A stretch of DNA of 64,000 nucleotides from NCBI GenBank assembly GCA_963921275.4, contig OZ001293.3:3104001-3168000 (forward strand), in the 5' to 3' direction. Below are positions 32,695-44,816 of this stretch, piece after piece. The translations under genes were made by a program, and so were the position numbers. Below the pieces are notes generated by a model. That model worked only from the letters and a program-made list of their open reading frames with translations, made no database searches and had not been told where the DNA came from. Source of the stretch: an uncultured Hormoscilla sp. GTDB taxonomy: Bacteria > Cyanobacteriota > Cyanobacteriia > Cyanobacteriales > Desertifilaceae. Each line of letters opens with the position of its first letter. Within the stretch, counting starts at the first letter, position 1.

Positions 32695-35693
32695 TCAAAT
32701 CAGCCCCAATTCTGCGATCCCAGGGGAATTGGGAAAACTAGCTGTACTGGCACTATTGCTTTGGTCAGGAACTCCAGCAACACCCAACTCCTGCATCATC
32801 GATGAAACTTGGGTACGCACCAAGCTATTGGGGTCATTTTTCATCATTGGCAACAAATCCACCAGCGAGCGAGGGCTAGCAACTTTCAGATAGGCCAACA
32901 CCGCTTCCCGCACAAAACCCGTGGGATGACGCAAACAGGTCAAGGTCTGCTCGGCTGTCAAGCTCCATCGGGCCATCCTGGCGCAATGAAAACAGCAAGC
33001 CAAAGGCCAATCAGGCAAGAAATGACGTAATTCTAACAGATGGCGCAGCCGATCGCTCGGACCTTGGGTTGATAGTATACTAGGGTGCTCAGACCCTCCA
33101 GCTTTTCCTGGTCGCTATATCGATCCAGTACCGTCAGCATCGCGTTTTTGCTCTTGATATCCAGAGTATTGTCCAATATTTCCAACCCCCGCGCCCTATT
33201 CATCATGGAAGCGGACTGCAAATTAAACGCAGTTGCTTGTACGCTGTTGATGGGGTACAGAAACTTCATCAGCAAGAAACACCGGTCGATCGCATCTCCT
33301 TGCAAATCCTTCAGGGCCTGACGCAAGAAATCCGCTTCTCGACCCTGCACCAACTCCTCTGTCATGTCCACCATCGCCCCATAGATCTGCCCCAAAAACA
33401 TCAATTCCTGGTCAATTAACAGTTCTATGCCCGCTCGACCCACCTGCTCTAAAACTCCCTCAATGCCCCGATCTGAGGGCATTTTCAGCAATATGCGTCC
33501 AATATTGCTGCGTGTCGTGCCCCAAGAGGTCATCAGATTATTCGCTAATACCTGCAAAGCTTCGGGCGTATCGATCCTACCAATCCCAGTCCAGGCATAC
33601 TGCCGCACCAGATCCGGCTTGTGGATGTCCAGGGCTAATTCCAGCAGTAATGGTATCGCTTCATTTTCTAAACGCACCAGGGAACGTAATGCCGTTTCCC
33701 TGGTGGATTGGTAAGTCAGGCCCCGCAACACAGAAGGATAATATTCCTCTAAATGGGTTGCCGCGATCGCCTCTAGCAAAGCGCAGCGCACCCGCAAAGA
33801 TTCATCGGCCAACAGGTTGGGGATATAAAGCCGCAGGGCCTGCATATATACTGCTTCTCCCAAGGCCCGACAACCCATCACTCTTTCCCGCTCTTGGGGC
33901 GAAGTTACCAAGAGTCGCAGAGTATTGGTTGCCTCTGCTTTCTGACGAGGGGAGCCACGGCGCAGCATTAACGAAGCTGCCGTCGCTCGCACGATCGGGT
34001 CTACTTCTGGCTGCAAGTACGGTCGCAGTTGCCGAATATCTGGCTCTGGTTCCGTCAGCCATATGTAGCGCAGGGCTACCGCCAACACTTCCGGTTGCAG
34101 CGCTTGACTCGTCAGCATCCGCACTTTATTTAAGTCCGCCTCCTTGGGATGCTCTAGCAGCACTTCCAGACTCTGACGCTGCAATGCTGGTGACATCGAA
34201 GGCAGCAAAGGTACCAGCACCTCATTCAGATTTTCCGGGTCCAGCTGACTGAGCAATTCTATACAGGAACTTTTATCTTCATCTGCTCCTGGCTGCTGCA
34301 AAGTTTCCGCTACTTTCCGTTTCAGCGCTCGTAAGTCTACATCCGATACTCCCAGCTGTCCTTTCTCGGCACTCGTTACTAACAATTTCACGTATCCCGA
34401 TCGCAGGGCCCTGATCGCCACTAACCACCCCAAAGCTAGGATTACTGCCTCTAGTAGAAATATTTTGTCTTGTACTCCCCGTTCTACTTGAGCCCACTCA
34501 CACACCCAAATTGTTGCTAACATCGCCAGCCCCGTCAATCCTGTAGAGATTGGTTCCGCGATGCCACGGATTGCCTGGGCCCTGTTGCGTCCACTCTCAG
34601 GTATTGGTTGGAACAGCGCTGGTCCCGTCCCCGCCACTAGGGTGTAGCGAAACAGATCGTCGATGAATTTCATCGCGATCGCGCCCCAGTACAGGTCTAC
34701 TATGCCTCCCATGAATATTATCCCGCCCAGCCCGATCGAACCTGGCAGCAGAGATGCTGCCACGAATACCCCCAACTTCTCGATCGCCCTTGATGATATG
34801 AACCATTGTACTGCTAGCTCTGCTATTCCCAATATCCCGCTGAACAGTCCTAAAAAGCCTACTATCTGTTCCCTGCTCAACTTGATTTCTAGTTGTCCCA
34901 AGAACTGAAACTCTACTACCTGTAATATTGCTTGGGCGAATACGAATAATAAAATTAATGGTATGACATACTGTCCGATCGGACCTGTTAGTCGCGGCGT
35001 CGTAAATTCTTGATTTTCATCTGACCTGGACCCCTGCCGTGAGTCAGGAAAGAATTGCTGGTAGCTGATAGTGATATAAAACAATATCCCTGCTCCCAGG
35101 GATATCATCACGCTCGACACTAAAACTACGTTGTTTAGCTTAAATACTACTAGGAGTAGCGGCAGCGAGAAACCACTTATCACATCTGCCATCAGTATCC
35201 CGCTGCTTACCAGCGGGTAGGTGCGCTTAATTTCCCTGATATTGAACAGTTGATTTGCCGTGATTGACGTATTCAGTTCGTTCAGCACGTGACATGCTTC
35301 TACCCACAGCCGCAGCAGAAATACCGTTAAGCCGGCCACGTATATTATATCTAACCCGAAACGCAGCCCAAATAACGGGATTGCCATCAACAGGGCGATC
35401 GCTACTATTAACCACCGCAGGGGCAGCCATTTTTCCAGCCAGGAGTACAAAAAACCCAATCCCGAACCCATCACCGCACTGGCAATATATATCCAGGGCA
35501 ATGATTCGGCTCCATACCTATCCAGGAACAATGCTGCCGTACTTGCTTCCGACCAAGTCAGTCCTACACAGGTTGCTGTGTAGAACGCGAGCATCAGCAA
35601 CGTCCGTCCACTATCATCTGGTCGGAGATTTAGTAGTTGCAATAATCCCCTAGCTGATTTGCTCAATCCCGAACCCTGATGCTTTATTTCCAT
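32695..35693 (-). pseudogene. MFS/Npt1-like transporter + HEAT repeats, frameshifted near 33060
   Basis: Multi-TM N-terminus (FNIREIKRTYPL), HEAT repeats; C-terminus continues in ORF 32695..33018; typical partner of the cNMP gene. Confidence 0.75.
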
Positions 35694-36144
35694 AATCTCC
35701 TTCTCCTGTAACTTGACACCGATTATCAAATCTTTAATTATGACTGTCAAGTTACACTACTCGCTAATTGTTAATTGCTAATTGCTAATTGCTTTATTTT
35801 CCTGGACACTTAACACTTAACAATCAACAATTATCCATCTGTGTCCCCCCCTCGTTCCCACGGCGAAGCCTGGGAACGTGCGAGTAGCGCGAGGTAAGCT
35901 GTCGCGCATCGCTCACTGCATATTCGAGCTGCCGATAAAATCTTGGGAACCCTCTACCCATAAGCGGCGATCGCCACCCAGCCTGCCCCATTTTGGACTA
36001 TGCAATTTAAATGCATCACAGCTTATCTCCTGGGTAGTGATCCTACGATGTCCCCGCTTTTGTGCGGCTAGCGCTCCCCGGGGACATCGATCTCCCAGGA
36101 GATACCTCGCCCCGGGAGACACAGCATCCGGGGACACAGCCCTG

Positions 36145-36672
36145 TTATTTTTTTGGAGAAAGCATCATCATCATATTCCGACCTTCTTTCTTCGGTTCCT
36201 GTTGCACCTCTGCCACTTCTTCCAAGTCCTTTGCCATCCGCTTGAGCAATTCTTCTGCCAGGTTACTATGCTGTATTTCCCGACCTCTGAAGGTTATCGT
36301 TGCTTTTACCTTATCTCCTGCTTTTAGAAAGCGCTGGGCGCTATTTACGCGCACCTGATAGTCATGTTCGTCTATCTTGTAACGCATTTTCACTTCCTTT
36401 ACATCAGCCTGGTGCTGTTTTTTCTTTGCTTCCCTGGCTTTTTTCTCTTGTTCAAACTTATATTTGCCGTAGTCAATTATCCTGCAAACTGGCGGATCTG
36501 CCTTGTCACTGACTAGGACCAGATCCAGATCCTTTTGATCCGCCATCTGCAATGCTTCCCTCGGGGTCATCACCCCTAATTGGCCCCCATCAGTATCTAT
36601 GACCCTAATCTTGGGAAATCTAATCCGTTCGTTGATTTGGGGGAGAGCGCGATTTTTTCTTTTCTCTATCAC
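36145..36672 (-). CDS. infC: Translation initiation factor IF-3
   Basis: [45 protein letters not shown]; start uncertain. Confidence 0.95.
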   Translation of the reverse strand: MIEKRKNRALPQINERIRFPKIRVIDTDGGQLGVMTPREALQMADQKDLDLVLVSDKADPPVCRIIDYGKYKFEQEKKAREAKKKQHQADVKEVKMRYKIDEHDYQVRVNSAQRFLKAGDKVKATITFRGREIQHSNLAEELLKRMAKDLEEVAEVQQEPKKEGRNMMMMLSPKK

Positions 36673-37041
36673 AAGCGTTAAAGGTGAAACTTCTAATAGC
36701 GCTACAATGCGCGAAGTTAATTTTTCTTTTGGAGTCAGGTATTTTTTTGCTTTGCTCTGCACCGGCTTTACTGTCCGCAGACATCAACCCTAGCCCAGCG
36801 GTGTCTGGTCGTCGCTCGATGTCCCCGGGGAGCGCTAACCGCACAAAAGCGGGGACATCGTACTCGCACTACCCACGAGACACCGGCTGCTCCTTCTCTT
36901 TATTTCTAGCATATCCGCATCCTGAGAGTGTCAACTTTCTGGCTGCTAGCATCATAATTGCCAATATTTTCATCAAGGACCTACTGGCCCATAGCAGTTC
37001 CTTGAGTATATCTACCTATTTATATTCCCATCGGGGGCTTG

Positions 37042-37410
37042 CTAGCCTAGGACAGTGACTTGCTCTGTGTCCACCTCTGTGGCTCCATCCACTCCCATCG
37101 CTAAATCCACCATTTTGTCAAGAATGTCTTGGCTGGAAACTTCTCCTTTCAACACTACCTTGCTGCTGGTCTGAGCCACCCACAGGCGTTCGGAATCATC
37201 CAGTTCATCGTCTTCATCGAACGCTAGAACCACCCGCTTAGCCAAGCCACTCTGATCGTATTCTCCGTACAACCCTACTCGCTCTGGAGGGATCTCATCT
37301 ACTCCTGCGGCCTCTTGGGCTGCTACTGCGGCCTCTTGGGCTGCTGCTACCGCTTCTTAGTCAGTTTCGGAGGGTTTTTCTAGGCCAAACATTCTTTTTA
37401 ACCAACCCAT
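37042..37410 (-). pseudogene. BON/phospholipid-binding domain protein with an in-frame nonsense codon
   Basis: MGWLKRMFGLEKPSETD*EAV...IPPERVGLYGEYDQSGLAKRV...VDGATEVDT. Confidence 0.75.
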
Positions 37411-37741
37411 AGTCCTTTCGACTCCTACTCTAGTTTTACTTCAACTCCGACCACCGGGCCTACGGCCTCGGATAGTTAGGACCTTCATTTTACCGCGTTA
37501 TCTGTATATGCTGAATATCTTAACGTCTATTTTTCAACTCTGTCTTTCCCACCTGCCAGTCTTCCGGAGTTGGATAGGGGACCGGTATTCAAATAGTAGC
37601 ATCTGCTGGTGAGCGGTCAGAGATGAAAATCTGTTTGATGTGGGGGAGTAGTCTATATAATAGAGGGCTAGACAAAGTTAAACTACCGATCGCCCGAAGC
37701 GGACAGTACGCAACGGACAACTGACAACTGACAACTGACTT

Positions 37742-38260
37742 ATGAAACATACTATATCTGTGCTAGTGGAGGATGTTGCGGGGGTTCTCACTAGGATTGC
37801 CGGTCTATTCGCCCGTCGCGGCTTTAATATTGAGAGTCTAGCAGTGGGCCATGCCGAGCAGCTGGGAGTCTCCCGGATTACCATGGTGGTGCCTGGAGAT
37901 GACCGAATAATTGAGCAGTTGATTAAGCAACTGTACAAGCAAATTAATGTGCTTAAGGTCCAGGATATCACGGAAAGTCCCTGTGTGGAGCGGGAATTAA
38001 TGCTGATGAAGGTGAATGCCACCAGCAGCACTCGCTCAGAAGTGATAGAATTAGCCCAGATTTTTCGCGCTCGTGTGGTAGATGTGGCGGAGGAGTCCCT
38101 GACCCTGGAAGTGGCGGGCGACCCTGGTAAAATGGTGGCGCTCGTCCAGGTGCTGCAAAAGTTCGGCATTCGGGAAATCGCCCGTACTGGCAAAATTGCT
38201 CTGACCCGCGAGTCTGGGGTGAATACTGAATTACTCAAAACTCTGGAAGCTTCGCTTTAG
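37742..38260 (+). CDS. ilvN: Acetolactate synthase small subunit
   Basis: [43 protein letters not shown]. Confidence 0.96.
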   Translation: MKHTISVLVEDVAGVLTRIAGLFARRGFNIESLAVGHAEQLGVSRITMVVPGDDRIIEQLIKQLYKQINVLKVQDITESPCVERELMLMKVNATSSTRSEVIELAQIFRARVVDVAEESLTLEVAGDPGKMVALVQVLQKFGIREIARTGKIALTRESGVNTELLKTLEASL

Positions 38261-38587
38261 GTGGGGAGCATTTAGAACTGCTGGTCAGCGATCGGTGGTC
38301 AGCGGTCAGTGGTCAGTAGTCAATTCTGAATTTGGAATTTTGAAGAAAGAATTTTGGGTCTTCGGTACTTGGGAGGCTATAATGATGCTTAAAAACCACC
38401 GAAACCCTTGCTATGTAAGGCTTTGACGAATTGATTAACTCAAATTACCTTCATTATGTAAGCCTTGCCAAGGCTGGAGTGCATTAATTTGATGCCAAAA
38501 TACCATTGCTTTGTACCGAAGAGCCAGAATTTTGAATTAGGTGGAGCTGTCAGTAGAATAAGGAAGATTTATTTGAGGTAAACTCCG

Positions 38588-38893
38588 ATGCCAGTTGCAG
38601 TGGGAGTAATTCAAACTCTCGGTTTTCCAGGTGTGCTAGCTGCTGCTGACGCAATGGTCAAAGCAGCGCGGGTCACCCTGGTCTATTTTGACAGGGCGGA
38701 AAGCAGTCAGTTCGTGGTGGCGATTCGAGGGCAAGTTTCTGAGGTGAAAGTAGCTGTGGATGCGGGTGTCCAAGCAGCTAAAAACACCTACGGCGCGACA
38801 ATACTCATGCATTACATCGTTCCCAACCCACCGGAAAATGTGGTGGCGGTTCTGCCCATCGACTACACGGAAGCGAGCGAACCGTTTAGATAA
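38588..38893 (+). CDS. ccmK3: Carboxysome shell hexamer CcmK3
   Basis: BMC domain AADAMVKAARV; IVPNPPENV; first gene of the ccmK3-ccmK4 pair. Confidence 0.85.
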   Translation: MPVAVGVIQTLGFPGVLAAADAMVKAARVTLVYFDRAESSQFVVAIRGQVSEVKVAVDAGVQAAKNTYGATILMHYIVPNPPENVVAVLPIDYTEASEPFR

Positions 38894-38980
38894 AAAGTTC
38901 CCCTACTTAACAGTAAGAATATAGCAATTAGCTATACTTTTTTCACCGCTCAAAAACACGGGATTTAGAGGAGATTGACA

Positions 38981-39337
38981 ATGGCACAACAAGCGGTTGG
39001 AGCACTGGAAACAAAGGGCTTTCCCGGTGTTCTCGCAGCGGCGGACGCGATGGTGAAAGCAGGTCGGGTGACCCTGGTAGGTTATATCAGAGCTGGGAGT
39101 GCGCGATTTACGGTGATGATTAGGGGAGATGTCTCGGAGGTGAAGGCGGCGATGGATGCGGGTATTGATGCAGTAGAGAAGGCTTTTGGTGCCACTCTAG
39201 AAACTTGGGTGATCATTCCTCGCCCCCATGAAAATGTAGTGGCGGTTCTGCCGATCGATTTCAGTGCGTCGGTCGAAGAGTACCGTCAAGCGGTTGAGGG
39301 CATTACTCTTCCGGGCCGACCGAATGGTTCTAATTGA
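38981..39337 (+). CDS. ccmK4: Carboxysome shell hexamer CcmK4
   Basis: BMC domain with AGSARF and IIPRPHENV. Confidence 0.87.
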   Translation: MAQQAVGALETKGFPGVLAAADAMVKAGRVTLVGYIRAGSARFTVMIRGDVSEVKAAMDAGIDAVEKAFGATLETWVIIPRPHENVVAVLPIDFSASVEEYRQAVEGITLPGRPNGSN

Positions 39338-39884
39338 ATGGTGAATTGTCAGTGGTTAGTTGTCGGTGGTCAGCAGTCAGTAGTCAGTTGTATTAGAGGT
39401 AGGTGGTCCGCAGTCAGCAGTCAATGTAAGAATTTTGAATTTTATAGTTGGCCAATTGGAACTCGCTGGCACCAGTCCCGATACTGTCCATGGCATTAAC
39501 AGAGCCGGAGATGGGGTGGGCTGGGTCTTGCTTTTGACTGGCTGACCGTTTGGGCCAATGCTCCGGTTACTCTCATACCGACCTCGGACCTTAGCCGCTA
39601 GCCCCCTAGAGCGCTGGCGGCTATTTGTGAACTTGTTGTTGCCAGTTCATAAATTTTGTGCTATAGTTATTTTATCACGGAATAATAGGATTTGTAAAGG
39701 GCGCGAGTTGCGCTCCTGGTTGGCGACAGTTGAGGTGGCCCGATCCCGATCGCCTGTTGCAGCTATTCTAGCTCATGTAGTTTGCTCTGCCCGGACGTGA
39801 ACCCTTGGGGCAAGATCTGCTCAGCTGTTAGGGGCTGGGTTTGGATATGATTATAGTCAGGAGTTTACCAAAAAGTTAGGTTGC

Positions 39885-42275
39885 ATGTTAGTAGAAAAGA
39901 CATTAAGAGAAACTTTCTCCAGATCCTTCAAGAAAAAAAGGGTCCAAAATTATTGGTCAGACAGACGGTCATGGGGAGAAATATTCAGAAATACTTTTGA
40001 TTTAAGATGGACGCAGCATGTATTAGATCCGATCCTGGGATGCTTGAAGATGAAGAAGCATTCAATTAAGGTCCACAGGGTAGAAAAAGATCTAGTTTAT
40101 TTAACGACATTGTCGATTAATAAACACAATCAGCTGTTTATTAGTTTGCCAGTTACTCCAGTTTCTGTAGGGACAATGGTAGTTGCCTATAGTGCTCAAA
40201 TTGCCGCTAGCCTATCGGCAAAAGCATTTGTGCTCTGGATCAGAACGGAGGAGGATAGTAAAATCGATAGCTTGAGAACTGCTAAAGCATTTAATTTCAT
40301 AGACCCTTGGCAAAGCCGGATTAATTTTAAGGAAAAAATAGTTGGCTGGACAGCAGAGAAAATAAATGAACCATTATCAGGAAATCAACTCAAGGTGATC
40401 GTGGTTAGAACGCTGGGGGAAGGAGTAGAATTATTGCAGCGGTTTCATAACTGCTCTCTGGTGGTTATGGACGATCCTTCAGGAAAAACTTATCCAAGAA
40501 ACTCTAGCTACGGAGAAGAAGCTTTTGGTTTAGCTAGAGTTTGCAGGAAAAAAAATATTCCTTTGGTGGGAATTGTGCCACCTTGGGTAATGAAAGATAT
40601 AGAAGACAATCAAATAGGGGCGCAAAATACGGAGAATGTGCTACTGTGGCCGATCGACTTCTTTACTTTACGCTCTTATCCGGATGATGGTCATATATAT
40701 GATAAAAATAGGAACAGACCTCATCCGATAGAAGAAAGCTTTTTGCGATTAGAAAGAAAACGTCAATGTTTACATGAGGCGGAGGTAACAATTAGAACAT
40801 TTAGCTGCCAAGTAAAAATTGCCGGGCTATTTCAATCCTCATCGGAGTTGCTGCTGGAGTTGGCGGGACAGCCGCAATGTCAGACTGTGTGGGAAGCAGT
40901 ATGGGAAATCTGGCGGGATCTGGCGGCTCCAGTATTGCCTTTTGAATTGCTATGGGAGCGGTTGCTTTCAAGGGAGTTGGCGCGTTTAGAAAATGCGGCT
41001 AATAACTCACCTCAAGCAATGCGCTTACAGGAAATGCTCCAGACTCTGGCCCGAATGCTGGTGACCCTGAAGGAGAATCCTTTCCTGGATGTAATTGCTA
41101 GGACTGAACCAGAAACTGTGGTGGCGATCGAAAATGCCGAACGGGCCCAGGCTTTAGAGAAGTTTTTAATGGTAAGTCGCTCTCCCGAATTGATGCCGCA
41201 AATTTTACCGATCGGCCAGATTAAAGATATAGGGGGAGAAAAGCTGATTGTGTTGGGTCAACCCAAGGCTTTTCATCGGGACTTGTTGCAAAGATCTTTT
41301 TTTCACAAAGTAGAGGTGTTGCTATGGTCAGCTCTAGCGGATGATGCCGATCGGTGGTGGAGTGATTTGGAGGTTGATGCGCGATCGTGGCATCGTAAAA
41401 CTTGGCTGGAGTTAACGGGAAAAGACCAGATGGTCCGTTATGGCTATAGCGAGCAGCCGACATCGGTGCAGGTTGTGAGTACAGGAAAATCCACAGAGGA
41501 TAAAACTCTGAATATATCAAGGATCGAGGAAAGTTTCAATAGCTTAACGGGCCTCCATGCCGATACTGAGGGGATTAACTGGATATTGAAAGATTTAGAG
41601 TATCACTATCTAGTAGAATTGGAGCAGGGACAGAAAATTAGGGTAGTACGGGATAGCGAATTTTTATTGCTATGGCGCAGACAAACTCGGATAGTGGCTG
41701 CCCCAGACTTGAGAATAGGACCAAAAGTTGTGCTGTGCGAGGGCATGAGCCGGGATTGGTTATTTGCCCAGAAGGTTGGTTTGCTCGAAGATACTAAGGA
41801 GAATTTCCTTTATCGCGCTCAACTAGATAGTTGGCGGTCTTCGGTCAGACAGGAGGTGGAACGGTCTGGTTTGTCTAGGGTATGCCAAAACCTGTTGTGG
41901 GATACAGGTGTATCTGTTGAGCAAGAGACTGTTCGGTCTAAGTGGATGGAGGGTCAGGACTTGCTTGGGGTGCCCAGGGAAAAAGCACATTTCTTTTGGT
42001 TTATACCACCTGTAGCCCAGGCAGGTTTTGAGGAGTTTTGGGAAAAAGCTGATGAATTAAGGATGAAGCGTGCAGAACTGGGAGATACGATTTGTGCTTG
42101 CGCGAAGGATGGATGGAAGGATCGCAAGCATGATGAAATCGTCTTTAGATATCGGCGGGTTTGGATTACTGTAGGTGAGTTACGAGATAGAATGCAGCTG
42201 CTGACAGTGCAGTCAGAGCCGCAATTAATTCCCGAAAAACCGGCCTTTCCTTTTAATCGTCTGTTTAAGGGTTAG
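39885..42275 (+). CDS. 796-aa protein, DrmE-like (degenerate helicase-fold + C-terminal domain)
   Basis: Intact long ORF; C-terminal pattern (DL..G..VV, W...., TV...W......P) and size recall the DrmE family; no clear Walker A. Confidence 0.5.
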   Translation: MLVEKTLRETFSRSFKKKRVQNYWSDRRSWGEIFRNTFDLRWTQHVLDPILGCLKMKKHSIKVHRVEKDLVYLTTLSINKHNQLFISLPVTPVSVGTMVVAYSAQIAASLSAKAFVLWIRTEEDSKIDSLRTAKAFNFIDPWQSRINFKEKIVGWTAEKINEPLSGNQLKVIVVRTLGEGVELLQRFHNCSLVVMDDPSGKTYPRNSSYGEEAFGLARVCRKKNIPLVGIVPPWVMKDIEDNQIGAQNTENVLLWPIDFFTLRSYPDDGHIYDKNRNRPHPIEESFLRLERKRQCLHEAEVTIRTFSCQVKIAGLFQSSSELLLELAGQPQCQTVWEAVWEIWRDLAAPVLPFELLWERLLSRELARLENAANNSPQAMRLQEMLQTLARMLVTLKENPFLDVIARTEPETVVAIENAERAQALEKFLMVSRSPELMPQILPIGQIKDIGGEKLIVLGQPKAFHRDLLQRSFFHKVEVLLWSALADDADRWWSDLEVDARSWHRKTWLELTGKDQMVRYGYSEQPTSVQVVSTGKSTEDKTLNISRIEESFNSLTGLHADTEGINWILKDLEYHYLVELEQGQKIRVVRDSEFLLLWRRQTRIVAAPDLRIGPKVVLCEGMSRDWLFAQKVGLLEDTKENFLYRAQLDSWRSSVRQEVERSGLSRVCQNLLWDTGVSVEQETVRSKWMEGQDLLGVPREKAHFFWFIPPVAQAGFEEFWEKADELRMKRAELGDTICACAKDGWKDRKHDEIVFRYRRVWITVGELRDRMQLLTVQSEPQLIPEKPAFPFNRLFKG

Positions 42276-42280
42276 TTAGC

Positions 42281-42324
42281 GGTCAGTTGTGAGCGGTCAG
42301 TTGTGAGCGGTCAGTTGTGAGCGA
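42281..42324. repeat. Short tandem repeat (GCGGTCAGTTGTGA)n, STRR-like
   Basis: About three 14-bp units after the stop codon; similar heptamer runs at ~2466, ~37716, ~38283, ~39345. Confidence 0.8.
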
Positions 42325-42609
42325 TCGCTTATTTAATCAAAAATTTCGTGATTCTTCGGTAGCCCAGAAACCAGGTTTCTAGCGTATTCCTGCGTCGCGA
42401 GCACGCGCAGGACCGGTAGCCTGTCGGTGCGGCACTGCGTATAGGAGAAACCTGGTTTCTTAATTCAAAGGCACTGGCGATCGCCTGAGTAATGCTGATA
42501 AATATTGTATAATAATACTTTTCCGATTTTGAGCTTGAATAGCAGAAACCTGGGGAGCGACTATTCGATCCCTGGGCATTAACTACACGCTCACCAGTGC
42601 CCCAGTGAA

Positions 42610-43070
42610 ATAATACAAAAGAGTACAAATAATACGTAGCTGGTGAATTACTTATACTGCAAGTAGTATAAACTAGGTGATCGCCCGGTAAAATAATACA
42701 AAAAAGTATAAATAATACGGTAATTAGTGAATTACCCCATGTTATATTATAGCACAAACTGGAGGAGATGAGCCAGTTAAATAATACAAAAAATACAGAT
42801 AATACGGGAGCTAGTGAATTACGTGCGCTACTTTATGCTACAGCTTGCAGGCGATGGCCCGGTGATAATACAAAAAAGTACAGATAAGACGCGCAATTTA
42901 CGTGCGCAACTTCGTAACACGAAGTTGAGGCAATGGGCAGGGTTAATAATACAAAAAAGTACAGATAAGACGCGCAATTTTGAATTACGTGCCCTACTTT
43001 TTAGTATAGATAAAGGCGATCGCCAGGTTGGATAATACAAAAAAGGACAGATAATACTGTTGTTTTGAAT
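42610..43070. repeat. Array of six ~84-bp units with conserved core ATAATACAAAAAAGTACAGATAATAC and variable segments
   Basis: Cores start at 42610, 42693, 42781, 42865, 42946, 43032. Confidence 0.9.
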
Positions 43071-43181
43071 ATGGATATAATTTGGGAAAAAACAAAAGGC
43101 AAGTGGGAAGTGCGATTGCTCGGGGGTTTCCAGATAAGTCGTAACCAAACCAAGATATGTGCCATTCTTTATCTTATATTA

Positions 43182-44193
43182 ACTCAAGTTGCGACCTATA
43201 AAAATTGGATACAAAAAGCTATGATAAAGAGAATTATTTTCAACTCTAATCCCTTAGATGTAACAGCATGAATTGACTTGGGAAACAAATTGGTGATTCG
43301 ACTAAAACAGGTTTCAACTTGTTTTCTTGTTACTTTTTGTATATATTCAAAACAAGAAGATTCTTTTCTTTTTGAGTTCTTTTTTCGCAAAGGTTTTAAC
43401 ATTATACTTGACGACTCTTTTAGTAAATCCTCTAATTGATAATCATTATAAGCTTTATCTCCATAAACTATTGAATTTGATGGTAAGTCAAAGCCAAAAG
43501 ATTGCAAAACTTTAACATCATTATAACTACCAGGATCTAGATAAAATTCTATTGGCTTTCCATTTTTGTTTACCAACATATGAACTCTTAATCCATAAAA
43601 ATAACGTTTTTTACTGGCAATATACCCTCGATATTCTTCCTTGTTATAAATTTGGCATCTATCAATCCTAATATTATCACATACTGGCACCGGGAAACTA
43701 TCAAGAATATATTCTTGACCCGGATTGAGCTCTTTAAATGTTTGAGCTATAACTTGGAAGAAAAACATCCAAATTGGTTCCTCAATATTGTGTAATCGAC
43801 GATTGAACCTACTTTTACTTAACAGATTTTTTATATACTTGTGTTGGACCATAAATTGACAAGAGCGATCATGGTGTCCTCCGAAAAAATATGCAGCAAC
43901 TAATCCGACTGTCATCACTTCGGCATTGTTCATTTTTACTTGTGGATCTTCTTTTATATTTAACGCTTTTAGTAGCTCGTCACAAAGAACAAAAATTGTT
44001 GTAATCATATCTTCCATCATCTACATCCCCCAGCAATTAACTATTATTTTAGTACATTATAACCTATAAACAGCCAACCCGCCGTCTAGCACAAAAAAAA
44101 TATAATTTTGTATCAAAAGCTACGAAATATCCCAAATATCTGTAAAGTCTAAGTGGGTAATTCATATTTTTTTTAATAGGTCGCAACTTAGGT
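43182..44193 (-). mobile_element. IS982-family element, apparently intact (transposase 43196..44020)
   Basis: TIR ACYYAAGTTGCGACCTA, 7-bp TSD TATATTA (43175-43181, 44194-44200); LDSFP, YGDKAY, RKQVET. Confidence 0.93.
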
Positions 44194-44273
44194 TATATTA
44201 CCTATATCTAATCAAAAATTCGGCACCCTTGTCAGCCTGTTAGATAATGGTTAGTTGTGAGTGGTTAGTTGTG

Positions 44274-44786
44274 TTAGAGATAAGCTTTGGGCATGGGTTC
44301 TTCGTAAGAATTATAGATCTTAAAGCCGCGCTTGAGATAAGTATTCAGAGCATAAGGACTATCGAGACTACAGGTATGTACCCACAAGCGTTTAGCACCC
44401 CTCTCCCAGCCATAGTCAACACCATAACTGAGGAGATGCTTGCCTAGTCCTTTGCCCATATAGCCAGAACGGAGACCAAAATAGACAATTTCAGTTGATT
44501 GTTTTCCCTGGGACAGTTCGATGTACCCTGCTGGTACCCCGAACATATAATACATGAACGCTGGTTCCTGGTTCTGCTAAGATTGCTTCCATATCCCGAT
44601 CGGATAGTTTCAGTCTGTCCCGCCAACACCATTTTTACCCAACAGTTCTGTACAAAAAACGATAAAATTCGACATGGGGTATGCCCATTAACATGATGTT
44701 AATGAACTGCTATCATGGAGATAAGCTGGCCGGAATGAAGTGCGATCGCGCATTTCCAGATAAGTTGTTACCAAGATGTCTGCCAT
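44274..44786 (-). pseudogene. GNAT acetyltransferase with frameshifts and stops
   Basis: MADILVTTYLEM..., FYRFLYRTVG, YFGL...MGKGLGK, WVHTCSLD..AL.TY..RGF. Confidence 0.75.
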
Positions 44787-44816
44787 CACTGATTTATTAA
44801 CCTATATAAGACCCCC

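Noticed and set aside
33085..36358. Plus-strand ORFs (e.g. 33512..34252, 35878..36327)
   Set aside because: Shadow frames of real minus-strand genes or repeat-derived
42610..43070. Canonical CRISPR array
   Set aside because: Repeats are degenerate and ~60 bp, variable parts are partly homologous, and there are no cas genes; kept as an unexplained array
42329..43271. ORFs with repeated VLSVLFCII
   Set aside because: By-product of the DNA repeat; unit lengths are mostly not multiples of 3
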